Assembly (NCBI GenBank): GCA_963805975.1
Contig: CAWDVR010000003.1
Span: 704,001-768,000, forward strand
Direction of reading: 5' to 3'
Length of the DNA stretch: 64,000 nt
DNA from: an uncultured Acidobacteriota bacterium
GTDB lineage: Bacteria > Acidobacteriota > Thermoanaerobaculia > Multivoradales > SZUA-115
In this document: positions 62,667-64,000 of the stretch, one piece after another
Layout: every line of letters starts with the position of its first letter
How positions within the stretch are numbered: the stretch's first letter is position 1
Translations under genes and position numbers: made by a program
The notes under the pieces: model-generated
Database searches by the model: none
Told to the model about the DNA's origin: nothing
Seen by the model: the letters and a program-made list of their open reading frames with translations, nothing else

Positions 62667-64000
62667 TCACGCCAGCGCCGGCTGGGTGTGGCGGCCGCGC
62701 TTGAAATCCTCCTTGCGCAGGCCAAGCTCGCGCATCTTGTCGTAGAGCGAGCGCGGGTCGAGGCCGGCGCGGCGCGCCGTCTCGCCGATCCGGCCGCCGG
62801 TCGCGCGGAGCTGCTCTTCGAGGTACAGGCGCTCGCAGGTCTCGACCACCTCCCGCCGCACGTCGCGGAGCGGCTTGTCCAGCCAGTCCCGCGGCATCCC
62901 GAGCCCGGAAGCGGTACCGGTGCGGTCCGGTCCGGCCTTGGCGGAGGCTTCGGCGAAGCGGGCGATGTTCTCCGGCAGGTCGTTGAGAGTGATCTCTTCG
63001 CCTTCGCAGAGCAGCACCGTGCGCTCCATGACGTTGATCAGCTCGCGCACGTTGCCCGGCCAAGGGTAGTGGACCAGCGCGTCGAGCGCCTCTTCGTGCA
63101 CCGCCTCCGCCGTGCGCCCGAGCTGGACGCGGAAACGGTCCATGTAGCTCTGGGCGAGCGCGGGGATGTCCTCCTGCCGCTCGCGCAACGGCGGCACCGT
63201 CAAGGTCACGACACCCAGTCGGTAGTAGAGATCACTCCTGAACTCTTTGGCCTTGATCGCCTCCTCGAGGTTCCGGTTGGTGGCCGCCATCACCCGCACG
63301 TCGACCTCGATGAGCTGCTCGCCGCCGACGCGCTGGATCTTCCGCTCCTGGAGCACGCGCAGGAGCTTGGCTTGCAAGTGGGGCGACATGTCCGCGATCT
63401 CGTCGAGAAAGATCGTGCCGCGGTGTGCGAGCTCGAAGTAACCGCGCCGCGAGCGGATAGCGCCGGTGAAAGCCCCTTTGTCGTGACCGAAGAGCTCGCT
63501 TTCGAGCAGCGTGTCCGGGATGGCGGCGGAGTTGACGGCGATGAAGGGAGCGCTGGAACGCGGGCCTTCGGCGTGGATTGCGCGCGCCAGCCACTCCTTT
63601 CCGACCCCGGTTTCGCCTAGAATCAGCAACGAGCTGTCGGACGCGGCGACTCGGCGCGCGAGCTGTAACAGAGCCTGCATGGACTCGCTGGCCGAGGCAA
63701 AGTCACTTAGGTGATAGTGTTCATCCGGCTGCTCGGCTCGAATTCGGTTGATCAGCGCCTCGCGGCGGCGACTGACCAAGGTTCTCAGCGTCTGAGCGAG
63801 GACCGAGTCCGATAAATCGGGAGAGATCACCGCAAAGCAGCCCAAGGCCAGAAGCGCCGCCCGATCCTCCGAGTCTTCCTGGGCTTGCAGGACGATGAGC
63901 TCGGGGCGGTCGGGAAGCTTGCGCAACGCAGAGACGAAGTCCGACGGCGGTTCTGTGACGGCGTCGCGGTCGACGACTACCAGGTCGCAGCTATCGCGAG
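62667..64000 (-). CDS. Sigma-54-dependent (NtrC/Fis-type) activator; 5' end outside window
   Basis: GETGVGKE, ESELFGH, GAFTGA, FLDEI, WPGNVREL, Fis HTH; frame open to the window edge. Confidence 0.95.
   Translation of the reverse strand, partial: RDSCDLVVVDRDAVTEPPSDFVSALRKLPDRPELIVLQAQEDSEDRAALLALGCFAVISPDLSDSVLAQTLRTLVSRRREALINRIRAEQPDEHYHLSDFASASESMQALLQLARRVAASDSSLLILGETGVGKEWLARAIHAEGPRSSAPFIAVNSAAIPDTLLESELFGHDKGAFTGAIRSRRGYFELAHRGTIFLDEIADMSPHLQAKLLRVLQERKIQRVGGEQLIEVDVRVMAATNRNLEEAIKAKEFRSDLYYRLGVVTLTVPPLRERQEDIPALAQSYMDRFRVQLGRTAEAVHEEALDALVHYPWPGNVRELINVMERTVLLCEGEEITLNDLPENIARFAEASAKAGPDRTGTASGLGMPRDWLDKPLRDVRREVVETCERLYLEEQLRATGGRIGETARRAGLDPRSLYDKMRELGLRKEDFKRGRHTQPALA

Noticed and set aside
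1-64000. tRNA, rRNA, prophage, integrase or transposase genes
   Set aside because: None recognised; coding density leaves few gaps and none shows the expected motifs

Overview
High-GC (roughly 70% by eye) bacterial chromosomal segment. Gene content suggests Acidobacteriota, probably Thermoanaerobaculia-like (inference from the ADOP-type duplicated permease, BlaI/M56-TonB pair, ECF-sigma/Ser-Thr kinase pair and secreted proteins ending in FxDGFExG). About 55 real genes are present; most other long ORFs in the track are GC-rich shadows. Housekeeping and metabolic blocks: two L,D-transpeptidase genes, an orphan CoxL/XdhA-like molybdoenzyme subunit, modE-porin-modABC, olsB/olsA-like acyltransferases, lpdA-E1a-E1b-E2-lipB, archease and a GAF kinase/NarL pair. 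Accessory blocks: three type II TA modules, a REP-flanked lyase plus two sulfatases, and a lower-GC HD-domain/HSP90-like gene. The best candidate for a little-described system is a six-gene operon (30206-37292) joining PspA (bacterial ESCRT-III family), a membrane-anchored solute-binding/OmpA fusion, an ABC permease and ATPase, a 2-TM coiled-coil protein and a classical-clade AAA+ ATPase. Next is a 19-residue C-terminal motif shared by three unrelated secreted proteins, a candidate sorting signal. At least nine frameshifts in five genes suggest indel errors in the assembly, so pseudogene calls are provisional. No rRNA, tRNA, CRISPR array, integrase or transposase was seen. All family calls come from motif recognition by eye, not database searches.
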